64,000 bases of DNA from the NCBI GenBank assembly GCA_965207735.1, contig OZ242296.1:2272001-2336000 (forward strand). Direction: 5' to 3'. The stretch is from Candidatus Versatilivorator sp. Lineage in GTDB: Bacteria > Acidobacteriota > Terriglobia > Versatilivoradales > Versatilivoraceae. Position 1 is the stretch's first letter. Every line of letters begins with the position of its first letter. The notes beneath the pieces are model-generated. The model was not told where the DNA came from. It saw only the letters and a program-made list of their open reading frames with translations, and did no database searches. Below, in pieces: positions 1 through 9,735 of this stretch. The position numbers were made by a program, and so were the translations under genes.

Positions 1-1
1 T

Positions 2-1120
2 CATCTCGCGGGCCCTGGAACCCAACTCGGCCCGGCGGCGGCTGTCCTGCAGCAAGTCGACGACGGCGGCGGCGAAGGCTTCCGGGGAATCGGCAATCAA
101 CAGCTCCTCACCGTTCCGAACCTGGAATCCCTGGGCTCCCAGAGGAGTGGTGACCACGGCCATGCCCATGGAGAGCGCCTCCAGCAGCTTCACCCGCATG
201 CCGTTTCCGGAGAGGATGGGGGCGGCGAAAACCGCGCAATCCCGATAAAGGGGCCTGAGGTCTTCGACGTAGCCTTGCAGGCGGACCCCGGGATGGACAC
301 CCAGCCTCTCCCGGTCCAGCATCTCGGTGTTGCCGCCCACCACCCGGAATTCAACCTCCGGCACCTGGCTCAGCACCTTCGGCAGGACCCGGTCGGCCAT
401 GTAGTACACCGACTCCTGGTTGGGCGTATGCCGGTAATTGCCCACGAAGAGTGTGCTCTTCTTGTGGAGGGCGCCGCCGGAAACCGGACCGCGTTCAAAG
501 AACCCGCTGTCAACCCCGATTGGAATGGTCCTCAGCCTGGTGGGGGAGACGAACTCGGCCAACAGCCGCGCGTCCTCTCCGGTCATGCAGACGACCGCGT
601 CGAAGCGGGCGCAGGACCGGACCTCGTAGTTGAGCTGCACCATCCAGTCGTACCACCTCCGAGCCCCGGTCCAGGGATTGCCGGCTCTCTCGAAAGCCTG
701 GGCCGCATTGGCGTACTGCACCTCGTGGAGGGTGAGGACAGTGCGCCGAGCAACGTCCCGGGGGACGTGCTGGGCCATCTGAAGATATTCGGCCTGGATG
801 ACATCGAAGGACCTGCTTTCGAGCGCCCGCCGGACCTCGGCGGCCATTTCGGCGCCGGCGAACTCGTAGTGCTCGGCCGGTCTGGGCATCCACAGGTGCC
901 GGGCCGGAACGGGCCAGCGCCGGACTGCCCGAGCGTCCACGCCCAAGGGCTGAAGCTTCTGCAGAAGCTCTCTCTCGCTTTCGTTCTCGATGAAAGAGAT
1001 CAGAGTGACCCGGTGTCTGGAGGCCAGGAACTTCACATTGTAGTACATGCGCAGGCCGCCGCCGTGCAGGCCCAGGACCGGGGGATAGGCGGTCAGCATC
1101 AGGATGTTCAGGGGAGGCAT
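2..1120 (-). CDS. Glycosyltransferase family 4 (partial, runs off window start)
   Basis: Manual translation from ATG at 1120: MPPLNILMLTAYPP...GGGLRMYY...LFVGNYRHTPNQES...GYVEDL...GNGMRVKLLEALSMGMAVVTT, a GT-B/GT4 signature. Not in the ORF track because the stop lies outside the window. Confidence 0.9.
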   Translation of the reverse strand, partial: MPPLNILMLTAYPPVLGLHGGGLRMYYNVKFLASRHRVTLISFIENESERELLQKLQPLGVDARAVRRWPVPARHLWMPRPAEHYEFAGAEMAAEVRRALESRSFDVIQAEYLQMAQHVPRDVARRTVLTLHEVQYANAAQAFERAGNPWTGARRWYDWMVQLNYEVRSCARFDAVVCMTGEDARLLAEFVSPTRLRTIPIGVDSGFFERGPVSGGALHKKSTLFVGNYRHTPNQESVYYMADRVLPKVLSQVPEVEFRVVGGNTEMLDRERLGVHPGVRLQGYVEDLRPLYRDCAVFAAPILSGNGMRVKLLEALSMGMAVVTTPLGAQGFQVRNGEELLIADSPEAFAAAVVDLLQDSRRRAELGSRAREM

Positions 1121-1162
1121 GGGCTACATTATAAGGAAGAGTTGCGGCCGGTCGCCGCGGCA

Positions 1163-1924
1163 TCATTTGAACGCCAGGAAGACGGCTCGATCCTGCGCCA
1201 GGTACTGCGGGTTGGCGTCCGTGGGCGGGGCGACCAACTCCACCCTGGAGAAGCCGGCTGCCCCCAGCATCTCGCGCACGGCGGCGGCGTTGGGGATGAA
1301 GCTCAAGCCCCGGTGGGCCGCCAGGCGGTTCTCCTCCACGTCGGGCTCCCGGTAGATGGCCAGGGCAGCCGGCAGTTCCAAAAACTTTCCCGTCGCTCCC
1401 CACCCGCTCAGCACCGGATCCTGCTGCCGGGTCAGTTGGGTCTCGACCACGCACACCCGGCGGGTGATGCGATGCAGAATGCGCAGGGCACCCACGGGAT
1501 TCTCCAGGTGGTAGAGCAGGCCCAGAAACAGGGTCAGGTGGTAGCGGTCGGGCGGGTCCTGGTTGGCCAGGAAGTCTTCCACGGCAAAGGTGAGCCGGCC
1601 GGGGTCCTGTCCTTGAATCCGCTGCACGGCCCGGGACCGCTCGATATTGAGCGGCCGCACGTCGATCCCTCTCACTCGGGCCCCCTTGCCGTGGAGCAGA
1701 AAGCTGAAGTAGCCTTCGTTGCAGGCCACGTCCAGGGTGTCCAGGTTGGCCAGGCCCTCCGGAAAGCATTGCTCCAGGGCCGGCAGGATCATGTCTTGGC
1801 GGGTCCGGTGTATCTGGCCCAGCTCCTGGGACAGCAGCGGCGTGAGGATGCCGTCTCCCAAGTCGAACTCATACATCCAGGCCGGGGGCGTATGGGCCAG
1901 TTGCAACCGTTCTTCCCTGGTCAT
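1163..1924 (-). CDS. Class I SAM-dependent methyltransferase (DUF1698/CmoB-like), probably polysaccharide modification
   Basis: Motif I LDVACNEGYFS, GID, LFLGLLYHLENP; overlaps the stop of the GT2 gene. Confidence 0.8.
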   Translation of the reverse strand: MTREERLQLAHTPPAWMYEFDLGDGILTPLLSQELGQIHRTRQDMILPALEQCFPEGLANLDTLDVACNEGYFSFLLHGKGARVRGIDVRPLNIERSRAVQRIQGQDPGRLTFAVEDFLANQDPPDRYHLTLFLGLLYHLENPVGALRILHRITRRVCVVETQLTRQQDPVLSGWGATGKFLELPAALAIYREPDVEENRLAAHRGLSFIPNAAAVREMLGAAGFSRVELVAPPTDANPQYLAQDRAVFLAFK

Positions 1925-3039
1925 CGCAGCTCACTCCCCGAGGTCTCGGCGAAGATGGAGGCGTCTCGGCGGCGATAGCAGGCCCGCCAGCGATAGCGCT
2001 TGTAGAGCGCTTCCGGAAACTGGAGCAAGGCTTTGAAGAAAGCCCGAAGCTCGAAGCGGACATTGGTTTGGGCCATGAAGCGGGCTTGGGTGAGCGGCAG
2101 GAAGAGGAAATGCTGCAGGATCCATCGGGCGTCGGTGATGCTCTTCCAGACGAACAGATATTGATTCTTGCGAATGGTGTTGTCAACGAAGTTGTCGCCG
2201 AACTTCCCCCGGTTGGTGCCCCGATGCTTGTGGACCACCAGGCTGTCGGTGGCCAGCAGGCTCTTCCAGCCGCGCTTCCAGGCCTGGTAGGAGAGATCCA
2301 GGTCCTCCAGGTAAAAGGGATCGTAAAGCGTGTCCAGTCCGCCCAGGGCCAGGAACTTTCTCCGGTCGAAGGCACTGGAGCCCCCTCCCGCCCAAAAAAC
2401 AGGCAGACGGACCCCGGCCTGTCCCGGCGGAATCTCGTCGTGGTAGGGCTCGAGGAAACCCCGTAGCCAGCGCGAGCGGGTGGCGCCGGTCTCCTCCCGA
2501 CGGCGAGACTTGTCCTGGAAAAAGACCTGGCAGGACACCGCAAAGACGTTTTCGTCCCGAAAGCCGTCCAGCAGGGGGCGCAGGAAGTTCGGATCCACCT
2601 CCATGTCGTTGTTGAGCAGCACCACCACTTCCCTGGCGGCCGCTTGCACGCCGGCGTTGTTTCCCCCGGTAAACCGGCAGTTCCTTCCCATCTCCACCAC
2701 CTTGACCTGAGGGTAACGGGCTCTCAAAAAGCCAACGCTGTCGTCGCTGCTGCCGTTGTCGACCACCATGATCTCGTGGTCCCGCCCGTCCCGGCGGACG
2801 GCCTCCACCACGCTGGGAAGAAACTCCTCCAGCAGGTGTTTTCCGTCCCAGTTGAGGACGATCAGGGTGGCCAGGCTTCGATCCGGTGGTCCGGAAGCAG
2901 GAGGCTTGCGGCGGACCAGGGAAAAGGGAAGGTAGAGGATCTCGCCCAGGAAGAGCCCCAGGGCCACCAGGAGATCGAAGGGGGTCATCAGCAGCAGGGC
3001 GCCCAGCTTGGGCCAGAAGCCGTTGAGAGCATTCCCCAT
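1921..3039 (-). CDS. Glycosyltransferase family 2 (WbbL/rhamnosyltransferase-like)
   Basis: IVLNWDG, VVDNGSSDDS, LLNND (DxD-like), YLEDLDLSY motifs. Confidence 0.9.
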   Translation of the reverse strand: MGNALNGFWPKLGALLLMTPFDLLVALGLFLGEILYLPFSLVRRKPPASGPPDRSLATLIVLNWDGKHLLEEFLPSVVEAVRRDGRDHEIMVVDNGSSDDSVGFLRARYPQVKVVEMGRNCRFTGGNNAGVQAAAREVVVLLNNDMEVDPNFLRPLLDGFRDENVFAVSCQVFFQDKSRRREETGATRSRWLRGFLEPYHDEIPPGQAGVRLPVFWAGGGSSAFDRRKFLALGGLDTLYDPFYLEDLDLSYQAWKRGWKSLLATDSLVVHKHRGTNRGKFGDNFVDNTIRKNQYLFVWKSITDARWILQHFLFLPLTQARFMAQTNVRFELRAFFKALLQFPEALYKRYRWRACYRRRDASIFAETSGSELR

Positions 3040-3042
3040 GGA

Positions 3043-3909
3043 TCAAGCCCCGGGGCGGTGGATGCGGTCGCTCAGGTACTCGCCCAAGGCGTCCCTCCAG
3101 TGCTTGAGGTCATCCATCCCGAACTCGTCCAGGCGATGGTTGGCCAACACCGAATAGGCCGGCCGACGGGCCGCGGTGGCGAAACGGTCGGAGGTGGTGG
3201 GCGTCAGGTCGGCCCGTATCGCCATCTGACTGAAGATCTCCCGGGCGAATTCGTACCAGGTGCAGTTCCCCTTGGAGGTGAGGTGATAGAGGCCGTAGTG
3301 GGAGGTTTCGATCAGGGCGACGGTGGCGCGGGCCAGCTCACGGGTGCTGGTGGGGGTCAGCCGCTGGTCGTCGACCACCTGGATGGATTCTTTCCCGTGA
3401 GCCTTCCTGATCATGGTCTCGACGAAATTGCCCCCCTTGCCGCTACTGCCGGCGTGTCCGTAGAGCCCGCTGGTCCGAATCAAGAAGTGTTTCTCCCAAA
3501 CCGAAGCCAGCAGGTGTTCGCCCGCCAGCTTGGAGGCGCCGTAGACGTTTAGAGGACGGGCGAGGTCGCTTTCCCGGTAGGGCCTGGCGGCGGCGCCGTC
3601 GAAGACGTAGTCGGTGCTGTAGTGGACCAGGACGGCATCGATGTCTCGGGCGGTCAGAGCCAGGTTCCGGACGGCCTCTCCGTTCACCTGAAAGGCGGTC
3701 GAGATCCTGGATTCGCAGTCGTCCACCCGGTGGAAGGCGGCGGTGTTGATCACCACCTGGGGCCGCTTCGACTGCAGGAGGCGGCGAACCCGGTCGGTCT
3801 GAAGAAGGTCCAGGGATTGACGCGGCGGAGCGACCAGCTCGTGGCCGGACAGGGCCTTCGCCAGATCGGTACCCAGTTGGCCGGAAGCTCCAATCAGGAG
3901 GATCTTCAC
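3043..3909 (-). CDS. rfbD: dTDP-4-dehydrorhamnose reductase
   Basis: GASGQLG, STDYVFDG, YGASKLAGE, VVDDQRLTPT, RPAYSVL. Confidence 0.93.
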   Translation of the reverse strand: MKILLIGASGQLGTDLAKALSGHELVAPPRQSLDLLQTDRVRRLLQSKRPQVVINTAAFHRVDDCESRISTAFQVNGEAVRNLALTARDIDAVLVHYSTDYVFDGAAARPYRESDLARPLNVYGASKLAGEHLLASVWEKHFLIRTSGLYGHAGSSGKGGNFVETMIRKAHGKESIQVVDDQRLTPTSTRELARATVALIETSHYGLYHLTSKGNCTWYEFAREIFSQMAIRADLTPTTSDRFATAARRPAYSVLANHRLDEFGMDDLKHWRDALGEYLSDRIHRPGA

Positions 3910-3910
3910 G

Positions 3911-5017
3911 TCAGCGGCTCCCCGGCCCCGGGCTTTCCATCCCGACCACGGCCGGCTTGAAGGACGCGGCAGGGATGGCGTCGAACACCGACCCCGTGAT
4001 CCGGATGATCTTGTCGGCTTCCTCGAGAAGCTTCATCCAGGCGATATTGTAGTAGCGGGGGTTGTCGAAGTCGGTGTAGCCGTAACGGGAGATGCTCTCC
4101 ACCATGTCCTTGACGGCGTCTTCCACCGTCACCGCCGGGGCAAAACCCAGCGCCCGCTGGAACTTCTTGCCGGAGACGCGATAGCTGCGGACACCCTTGT
4201 AACGGTATTCCGGCTTCAGCTCCACCTTCACCCCAGCCCCTCTCAGCGCCCCGACCACCCGGAGCGCCAGCTCGGAAATCCGGAAGTTGCGGAAGACCAC
4301 GTTGAAGATCTCGCCCGCCACCTTGGACTCCTGGGCTTCCAGGCAGAGGATGTAGGCCCGGGCCGCATCCCGGATATCCACCAGCGGCCGCCACATCTCG
4401 CCTCCGTAGTGGGTGGTGACGTACCCCTTGGAGAGGGCGTCCCTGAGGAAAGTGTTGACCACCAGGTCGTAGCGCATCCGCGGCGAGAAGCCGTAGATCG
4501 TGCCCTTGCGCAGGATGACCGGGCAGAAGTCCTTATCGGCCAGTTCGAGCAGGGCTGTCTCCGCCTGGAACTTGGAACTGGCGTAGGCCGCCTTGGGGCG
4601 GACCGGCGAGGTTTCGTCCAGGACAACATCTTTTTCCTCGTCGGTGATGCCGACATCGTAGATGGAGCAGGTGGAAGCGAAGACGAATCTGCGGATGCCC
4701 CTCGTCTTGCAGAGCCGGGCCAGCGAAAGGTTGGCCCGAGTGTTCATTTCATAGTTGGCCTGGGGGTTGTATTCCGCCGTGGGGTCGTTGGACAGGCCGC
4801 TCAGGTTGATGACGGACTCGATACCCTCCAGCACCGAGTGGTTCATGGTACGAACGTCTCCCTCGTACAGCTCGATTTGCTCCCTGTGCTCGCGGAGCCC
4901 GGCATTGCCGAAAAACATGCGGTCCAGGACCCTGACCGCATAGCCTCTAGCCAGTAACTCCCCGACCAGCACCGAGCCGATATAGCCGGCGCCACCCACC
5001 ACCAAAATCATAGTCAA
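3911..5017 (-). CDS. NAD-dependent nucleotide-sugar epimerase/dehydratase (extended SDR)
   Basis: GGAGYIGS, ASTCSIY, YASSK, GFSPRMRYDLVVN, WRPLVDIRD. Confidence 0.88.
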   Translation of the reverse strand: MTMILVVGGAGYIGSVLVGELLARGYAVRVLDRMFFGNAGLREHREQIELYEGDVRTMNHSVLEGIESVINLSGLSNDPTAEYNPQANYEMNTRANLSLARLCKTRGIRRFVFASTCSIYDVGITDEEKDVVLDETSPVRPKAAYASSKFQAETALLELADKDFCPVILRKGTIYGFSPRMRYDLVVNTFLRDALSKGYVTTHYGGEMWRPLVDIRDAARAYILCLEAQESKVAGEIFNVVFRNFRISELALRVVGALRGAGVKVELKPEYRYKGVRSYRVSGKKFQRALGFAPAVTVEDAVKDMVESISRYGYTDFDNPRYYNIAWMKLLEEADKIIRITGSVFDAIPAASFKPAVVGMESPGPGSR

Positions 5018-5144
5018 CCTCCCTCTTCCTGAAACACCCTAGTTTCATCCCTCATGAGCCGCCCCCTCACATGGGACGGTTGTGCGGCCAAGTTAAAAGT
5101 GAATAGTGGAGAGTCGAGAGTGATTTGATCGACACGTCAAGCAT

Positions 5145-5395
5145 CTAGCCCGCATTTCTCACCAGGTCGCTGGTGCCATGACGAAAAGTAGTTTATCTTC
5201 AGTACTTTGATTGGCTCCCTGGTAAGGGCTTGCGGGTAACAGACGGCGCTGGGCATGCCCTGGCTTGTCTTTTTCCATTCAGCGCGCACATGCTCCCTCG
5301 CGCGTAGTGACCGCTACGCTCTTCGGTCGCGAGCACGCGCTGAAGGGAAAAATCCTGCGCCATGTTCATGCCCCCTGGTGAGAAATGCGGGCTAG
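5145..5395. mobile_element. MITE with TIR CCCGCATTTCTCACCAGG bounded by CTAG at both ends
   Basis: CTAG-CCCGCATTTCTCACCAGG at 5145 and its perfect inverse CCTGGTGAGAAATGCGGG-CTAG ending at 5395; internal hairpin; related copies at 40678, 43628 and 48308. Confidence 0.8.
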
Positions 5396-5503
5396 TCGCT
5401 CTCGACGCGGTCCTTCAAGAAAGCTCAACCAGGTCATCAGCCGCTTGCCTGCTCCCGGAACTCTCCACTCATCATTCATCACTCATCATTCATCATTCCC
5501 CTG

Positions 5504-5953
5504 CTACCTTCCCTTGACTTGCCAAACGTCCCCGAAGGAATCGGGGGGAATGCGGACTTCATCCGGCTTCTCCCGGTTGTAGACCTCGCTGGCGATGCTG
5601 ACGAGCTGGGTGTCATCTTCCAGCGCCATCCACCCATGGTAGACGCCGGGCGGCACCACGATCAAGGCAGGATTACGCGCCCCGGTAACGAAGATCTGCA
5701 TTTCATTATAGGTCGGGCTGTCGGGACGGTCGTCCCGCAGCACGAACTTGGCCGTTCCGTGGCTGATGAAAAACCAGTCCCACAGCCTGGCGTGCTTGTG
5801 ATAGGCACGGATGGTCCCGCGGGTCATGTCTCCCACCAGGTAGACCTGTCCGAACCGGGTGAAGTGCTCGTCGGTGCTCCTCAAGATCTCGATCAGATAG
5901 CCCCGGTCATCCACGTGGGCGACCAGAGGCACCACCTTCACATCCTTGATCAT
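5504..5953 (-). CDS. dTDP-4-dehydrorhamnose 3,5-epimerase-family cupin (RmlC-like)
   Basis: DDRGYLIE, IRAYHKH, VPPGVYHG; AGGAG RBS just upstream of ATG 5953/5956. Confidence 0.85.
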   Translation of the reverse strand: MIKDVKVVPLVAHVDDRGYLIEILRSTDEHFTRFGQVYLVGDMTRGTIRAYHKHARLWDWFFISHGTAKFVLRDDRPDSPTYNEMQIFVTGARNPALIVVPPGVYHGWMALEDDTQLVSIASEVYNREKPDEVRIPPDSFGDVWQVKGR

Positions 5954-6028
5954 CATTCTCCTTTCTGTACTCGACCGCCAACCCTGCATGGGAGGCGAAG
6001 CAAGCTCGCCAAACGCGACGGCGGCCAC

Positions 6029-7351
6029 TCAGCCGACGGGGGCGTGGGCTCCGGCCAGCCTCGATTTTGCCGAACTCACCTGCCTCAATTCTATGCGGCA
6101 GTCCATCTTCAGGTAACCGTAGACCGTCTCCCGCTGCTTCAAGGTCAGGTTCAGCGCATTTTCCACGAAGTCGCACATCTCCGAATCGCGATGGGTCCCG
6201 TTGGCCACCGCCGGGGTGAGATAGTAGTGGCCCGGCTGCAACACCGGAAGACGCAGATGGAAATCCACCGTATAGATCTGGCCCGGCTCGGCCGGCGGCA
6301 AACGCAGGCTCTCCACCGAGGTGTTGCTGCCGGAGATATCCTCGCCCAGGCGGTTGCGCATGAGAATCCCGATGAGGGGCGATTCCACCCGGCAGTCGAA
6401 CCGCACCGAAACCCTCACCGTCACCAGGTCGCCGTGATAGAGGGTTTGCGGTTCTCTGCCCGACTGGTCCAGCAACCGGATGCCCAAAACCCGGGCGTGG
6501 CCACTGCCCCAGCGCTCGTCCACATTGGGAAGCGTGTGCACCGACAGATCCCCGGCTACATCACCGGCGGCGTCGGGCGCAAGTTCCGCGGCCCCGGAAG
6601 CCGCCTCGCCGGCATAGGGATCGCGGCGCTGAGTCAAGGCCGCCAGGTAGCGGGCCGTCACCTTGTCGGGCGCGCCTTGATCCATGAGCCTGCCCTGCTC
6701 CAGCCAGATGGCCGAATCGCACAGGTTCCGGATCGCGGCCACGTCATGGGAGACCAGCAGGATGGTCTTGCCCTCTTCCCGCATCCCGCGGAGCCGGCGC
6801 ATGCAGCGTTGCTGGAAATAGACGTCCCCGACCGCCAGCGACTCATCCACCAGCAGGATCTCGGGGTCGAGGTTGATGGCGATGGCAAAGGCCAGGCGCA
6901 CGTACATGCCGCTGGAATAGGTCTTGACCGGCTGGTCGACGAAGCTGCCGATCTCGGCAAAGCGCTCGATCTCCGGCATTTTCCGGTCGATCTCCTCGCG
7001 GTTCAGACCCATGATGGCGGCATTGAGGAAGGCATTCTCCCGGCCGGTGAACTCGGGGTTGAATCCCGCCCCGAGCTCCAGCAGGGCCGCCACCCGACCA
7101 CTCAGAGCCACCCTGCCTCCGGTTGGGGTCAGCGTTCCGGCAATAATCTGGAGCAGGGTGCTCTTGCCCGACCCGTTTTCGCCTATGATCCCGAAAGAGG
7201 AGCCCCGCCTGACCTGAAAGCTGATCTCCCTCAACGCCCAGAAGTCCCGATGAAAACTACGCCCGCGAAAGAACAATTCCTTCAGACGGGCCGAGGGCCT
7301 GGGGTAGATGCGGTAATTCTTGGACAACTTTTCGACGGTGACGGCATTCAT
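6029..7351 (-). CDS. wzt: Polysaccharide ABC exporter ATP-binding subunit with C-terminal Wzt_C carbohydrate-binding domain
   Basis: GENGSGKST, YSSGMYVRLAF, ILLVDESLAVGD, C-terminal Ig-like extension. Confidence 0.9.
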   Translation of the reverse strand: MNAVTVEKLSKNYRIYPRPSARLKELFFRGRSFHRDFWALREISFQVRRGSSFGIIGENGSGKSTLLQIIAGTLTPTGGRVALSGRVAALLELGAGFNPEFTGRENAFLNAAIMGLNREEIDRKMPEIERFAEIGSFVDQPVKTYSSGMYVRLAFAIAINLDPEILLVDESLAVGDVYFQQRCMRRLRGMREEGKTILLVSHDVAAIRNLCDSAIWLEQGRLMDQGAPDKVTARYLAALTQRRDPYAGEAASGAAELAPDAAGDVAGDLSVHTLPNVDERWGSGHARVLGIRLLDQSGREPQTLYHGDLVTVRVSVRFDCRVESPLIGILMRNRLGEDISGSNTSVESLRLPPAEPGQIYTVDFHLRLPVLQPGHYYLTPAVANGTHRDSEMCDFVENALNLTLKQRETVYGYLKMDCRIELRQVSSAKSRLAGAHAPVG

Positions 7352-7591
7352 GGCTAAGTCGCCGGGAGAGCGAGGCTTCCAGACCGACCGGTGCTGTACC
7401 GGCGGCAGCGCAGATTCCGGCAGGGCTTCATTCTATAAAACCTGAGCCAAGAATGAAACCACCAGGGATTGGATGGGGAGTGGGAAGGGTGCCCTCGACG
7501 GCCGGTCGTGGTATGGTTTGCCTGAGCGGCGGCGGTGCGGTATCCGCCCCGCACCGGCTCCTCCGCGGGTCTGCCCTGGTCTCACCGGGGC

Positions 7592-7652
7592 GCCCTTCAG
7601 GGGGGAGTCGCAGAAGCCGAGCCGAAAGTCGAAGGCCCATGCGTTGGGGGGT
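7592..7652. repeat. Dispersed palindromic repeat family B (core CTCCCCCCTTGAGGGGGAGTCGC...GAGCCGAATGGCGAAGGCTGATGCGGTGGGGG)
   Basis: Similar to copies at 8454-8480, 8577-8822, 12601-12670 and 27135-27198. Confidence 0.6.
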
Positions 7653-7709
7653 GCGCGCCGGAGCCACCGGGCTACGGAGTGCTCCGTTCGTGTCAAGCTG
7701 CAAATAGTC

Positions 7710-8306
7710 ATGACCCACGACGATCCAAGATTGCGGGAGGCGTTCGACCTGCTGGACGGCATGCACCGCGAGGACCCCTCGGCGGGCGCCGCCGGGCCTA
7801 AAGACATCCTGGCATCCCTCGACTACCACCAACGCCTCGGCCGGTGGGTGGACCGGCTGGCGCCGGACGCCTCCGTGGCCCTTCGGCTGGCAGCTCATAG
7901 CCAGCACGTGCGCCGCTGGGCCATTCCCCGCGGCTCCTACCCCATGACCCGGAAGGGCTACCGGGACTGGAGGGAGGCCTTGGGCCGCTTCCATGCCAAC
8001 ACCGCCGCCGAGGTGCTGGCGCGGGTGGGCTATGACTCCGACACCGTGGCCCGGGTCGAGCAGTTGCTGAGAAAGGAGCGGCTGCGCAGCGACCCGGAAG
8101 CCCAGACCCTGGAGGACGCCGCCTGCCTGGTTTTTCTGGAGGTGCAGCTGGAGGACTTCTCCCACCAGCACTCCGAGGAGAAGCTGCTCCACATTCTGCG
8201 ACGCACCTGGAAGAAGATGTCCCCCGCCGGCCGGAACCTGGCGCTGCAGCTCGAGCTGCCGGAAGCGACTGCCGGCCTGCTACGCAGAGCCGTAGAAGGA
8301 GCGTGA
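7710..8306 (+). CDS. DUF4202 domain protein (HD-like fold)
   Basis: LAAHSQHVRRWAIPRGSYPMTRKGY, QTLEDAACLVFL, RTWKKMS; ATG at 7710. Confidence 0.85.
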   Translation: MTHDDPRLREAFDLLDGMHREDPSAGAAGPKDILASLDYHQRLGRWVDRLAPDASVALRLAAHSQHVRRWAIPRGSYPMTRKGYRDWREALGRFHANTAAEVLARVGYDSDTVARVEQLLRKERLRSDPEAQTLEDAACLVFLEVQLEDFSHQHSEEKLLHILRRTWKKMSPAGRNLALQLELPEATAGLLRRAVEGA

Positions 8307-8453
8307 GAGGGGCAAGTGCCCACCCCGCGCACGCGCCTTTAGATAGGTGTTGCCGCCGCTTTGCCGGTCCAATCGAACTCCCGGACAGTCACTCACGGGA
8401 CGCCGCGTTTGCCCCCCTCCGGATCGACGGCGGGCTTCGCCCTTGTCTCTCCG

Positions 8454-8822
8454 ACTCCCCCTCAAGGGGGGAGTGATACTTGAGGCCTGCACGGGGCTTC
8501 TTGCCCGATTCCTGGGCAGGATGTAAACCATGTTCCCGGTCTAACCCATTAACTCCGTTCCCTCTTCATAACACGGATATCACTCCCCCCTTGAGGGAGA
8601 GTCGCAGCCGAGCCGAATGGCGAAGGCTGATGCGGTGGGGGGTTCGCACAAGGCGAGCCAAGGGCGAGATCTTGTGCGCCGTAGCGGTAACCGCCGGCGT
8701 GCGTCGGTTGCGGTGGGGGAGTCACAGAAGTCGAGCCGAATGGCGAAGGCTGATGCGGTGGGGGGCCAATGCGGCGCCTCCGAACGGTAGCGCTGAATGG
8801 CGAAAACTGATGCGGTGGGGGG
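8454..8822. repeat. Cluster of family B repeats: three direct copies of GAATGGCGAAGGCTGATGCGGTGGGGG plus an inverted hairpin copy
   Basis: Direct repeats near 8612, 8735 and 8794; CTCCCCCTCAAGGGGGGAG hairpin near 8455 and its inverse near 8581. Confidence 0.75.
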
Positions 8823-8926
8823 TAGACGCCGGGTCGCCAAGATGTGTCCGCGGCACCTCCCGGTTTTCTTCCCGCGCCCTTTCCCGTAAGATAGCGGCAA
8901 CTTCCGGTTCAAGAGAGGAGAACCCT

Positions 8927-9112
8927 ATGAAAGACAAGACCGATCAATCCATCGCCCTGGAAGAGGCCAAGGTGGAGTTCCTACAGCAGATGGTCGAGGC
9001 TCATGGCCTGTCCGACATCGGCAAGGCCGTGCGCTGCCTGATCGACTACGCCCGGGAGAATCCCGACCGGCAAACCGTGATCTTCGGAGAGGTGCGCTGC
9101 ATCGACTGTTAG
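8927..9112 (+). CDS. Small hypothetical protein (61 aa) with C-terminal CxxC
   Basis: GAGGAG RBS upstream of ATG 8927; protein-like sequence MKDKTDQ...KAVRCLIDYARE...RCIDC. Confidence 0.7.
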   Translation: MKDKTDQSIALEEAKVEFLQQMVEAHGLSDIGKAVRCLIDYARENPDRQTVIFGEVRCIDC

Positions 9113-9217
9113 GACGGCTGAGGGATGGCAGCGGCCAAAGGTACCGGCCGAGCCGCGTAGACGGCGAAAGCAGACCTCCACGCCACGCAGTCGACCGTCA
9201 GCTCGCTCCCCCCTTCC

Positions 9218-9592
9218 CTACCCTCGTCCGTAGCGGTCTTCCAGGCGGACGATGTCTTCCTCGTCAAACTCTCCGAAGGCGATCTCCAGCCAGCGGCTGG
9301 GACGGGGGCCCGCCCCCGCGGCACGATGGCGGGTCCGGCGGGGAATGTAGATCTCCTCGCAGGGTTCCGCTTCCCAGGTCCGCTCCCCCACGGTCACCTG
9401 CAAGCCCGGGTCGAGAGCCACCCAGAGCTCGTCCCTGTGGCGGTGAAGCTGCAGCGATAGGACCTGCCCGGGATTGACGGTGATGATCTTGACCGTGCTC
9501 ACCCGGTTGTGGGTGAAGCGGCGAAAGGCCCCCCAGGGCCTCTGCTCCCGGTAAATCAGCGATCGGGGATCGTCCTGTGGGTCATGTGGCAT
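9218..9592 (-). CDS. Stand-alone mannose-6-phosphate isomerase type II C-terminal cupin
   Basis: RPWG, LSLQLHRHRDELW, EEDIVRLEDRYGR. Confidence 0.88.
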   Translation of the reverse strand: MPHDPQDDPRSLIYREQRPWGAFRRFTHNRVSTVKIITVNPGQVLSLQLHRHRDELWVALDPGLQVTVGERTWEAEPCEEIYIPRRTRHRAAGAGPRPSRWLEIAFGEFDEEDIVRLEDRYGRG

Positions 9593-9735
9593 AATGTGGC
9601 CTTCCTGCAGTCGATTGCGGTCAGGGTCCCAGCTAGCCTAGACGATCGGCGCGGGCAACCTCAAGCCGGAATGCAGGGGTCCCCGCCCGCCGGCCGGGAC
9701 GGGAAGCGAGACCGGCCGCGGGGAGGGACGACCGG

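Noticed and set aside
275-1978. Long antisense or shadow ORFs (also 5519-7357, 33045-34706, 40750-42855, 50589-52463, 53026-54858)
   Set aside because: They overlap well-supported genes, lack motifs, and are expected in high-GC DNA
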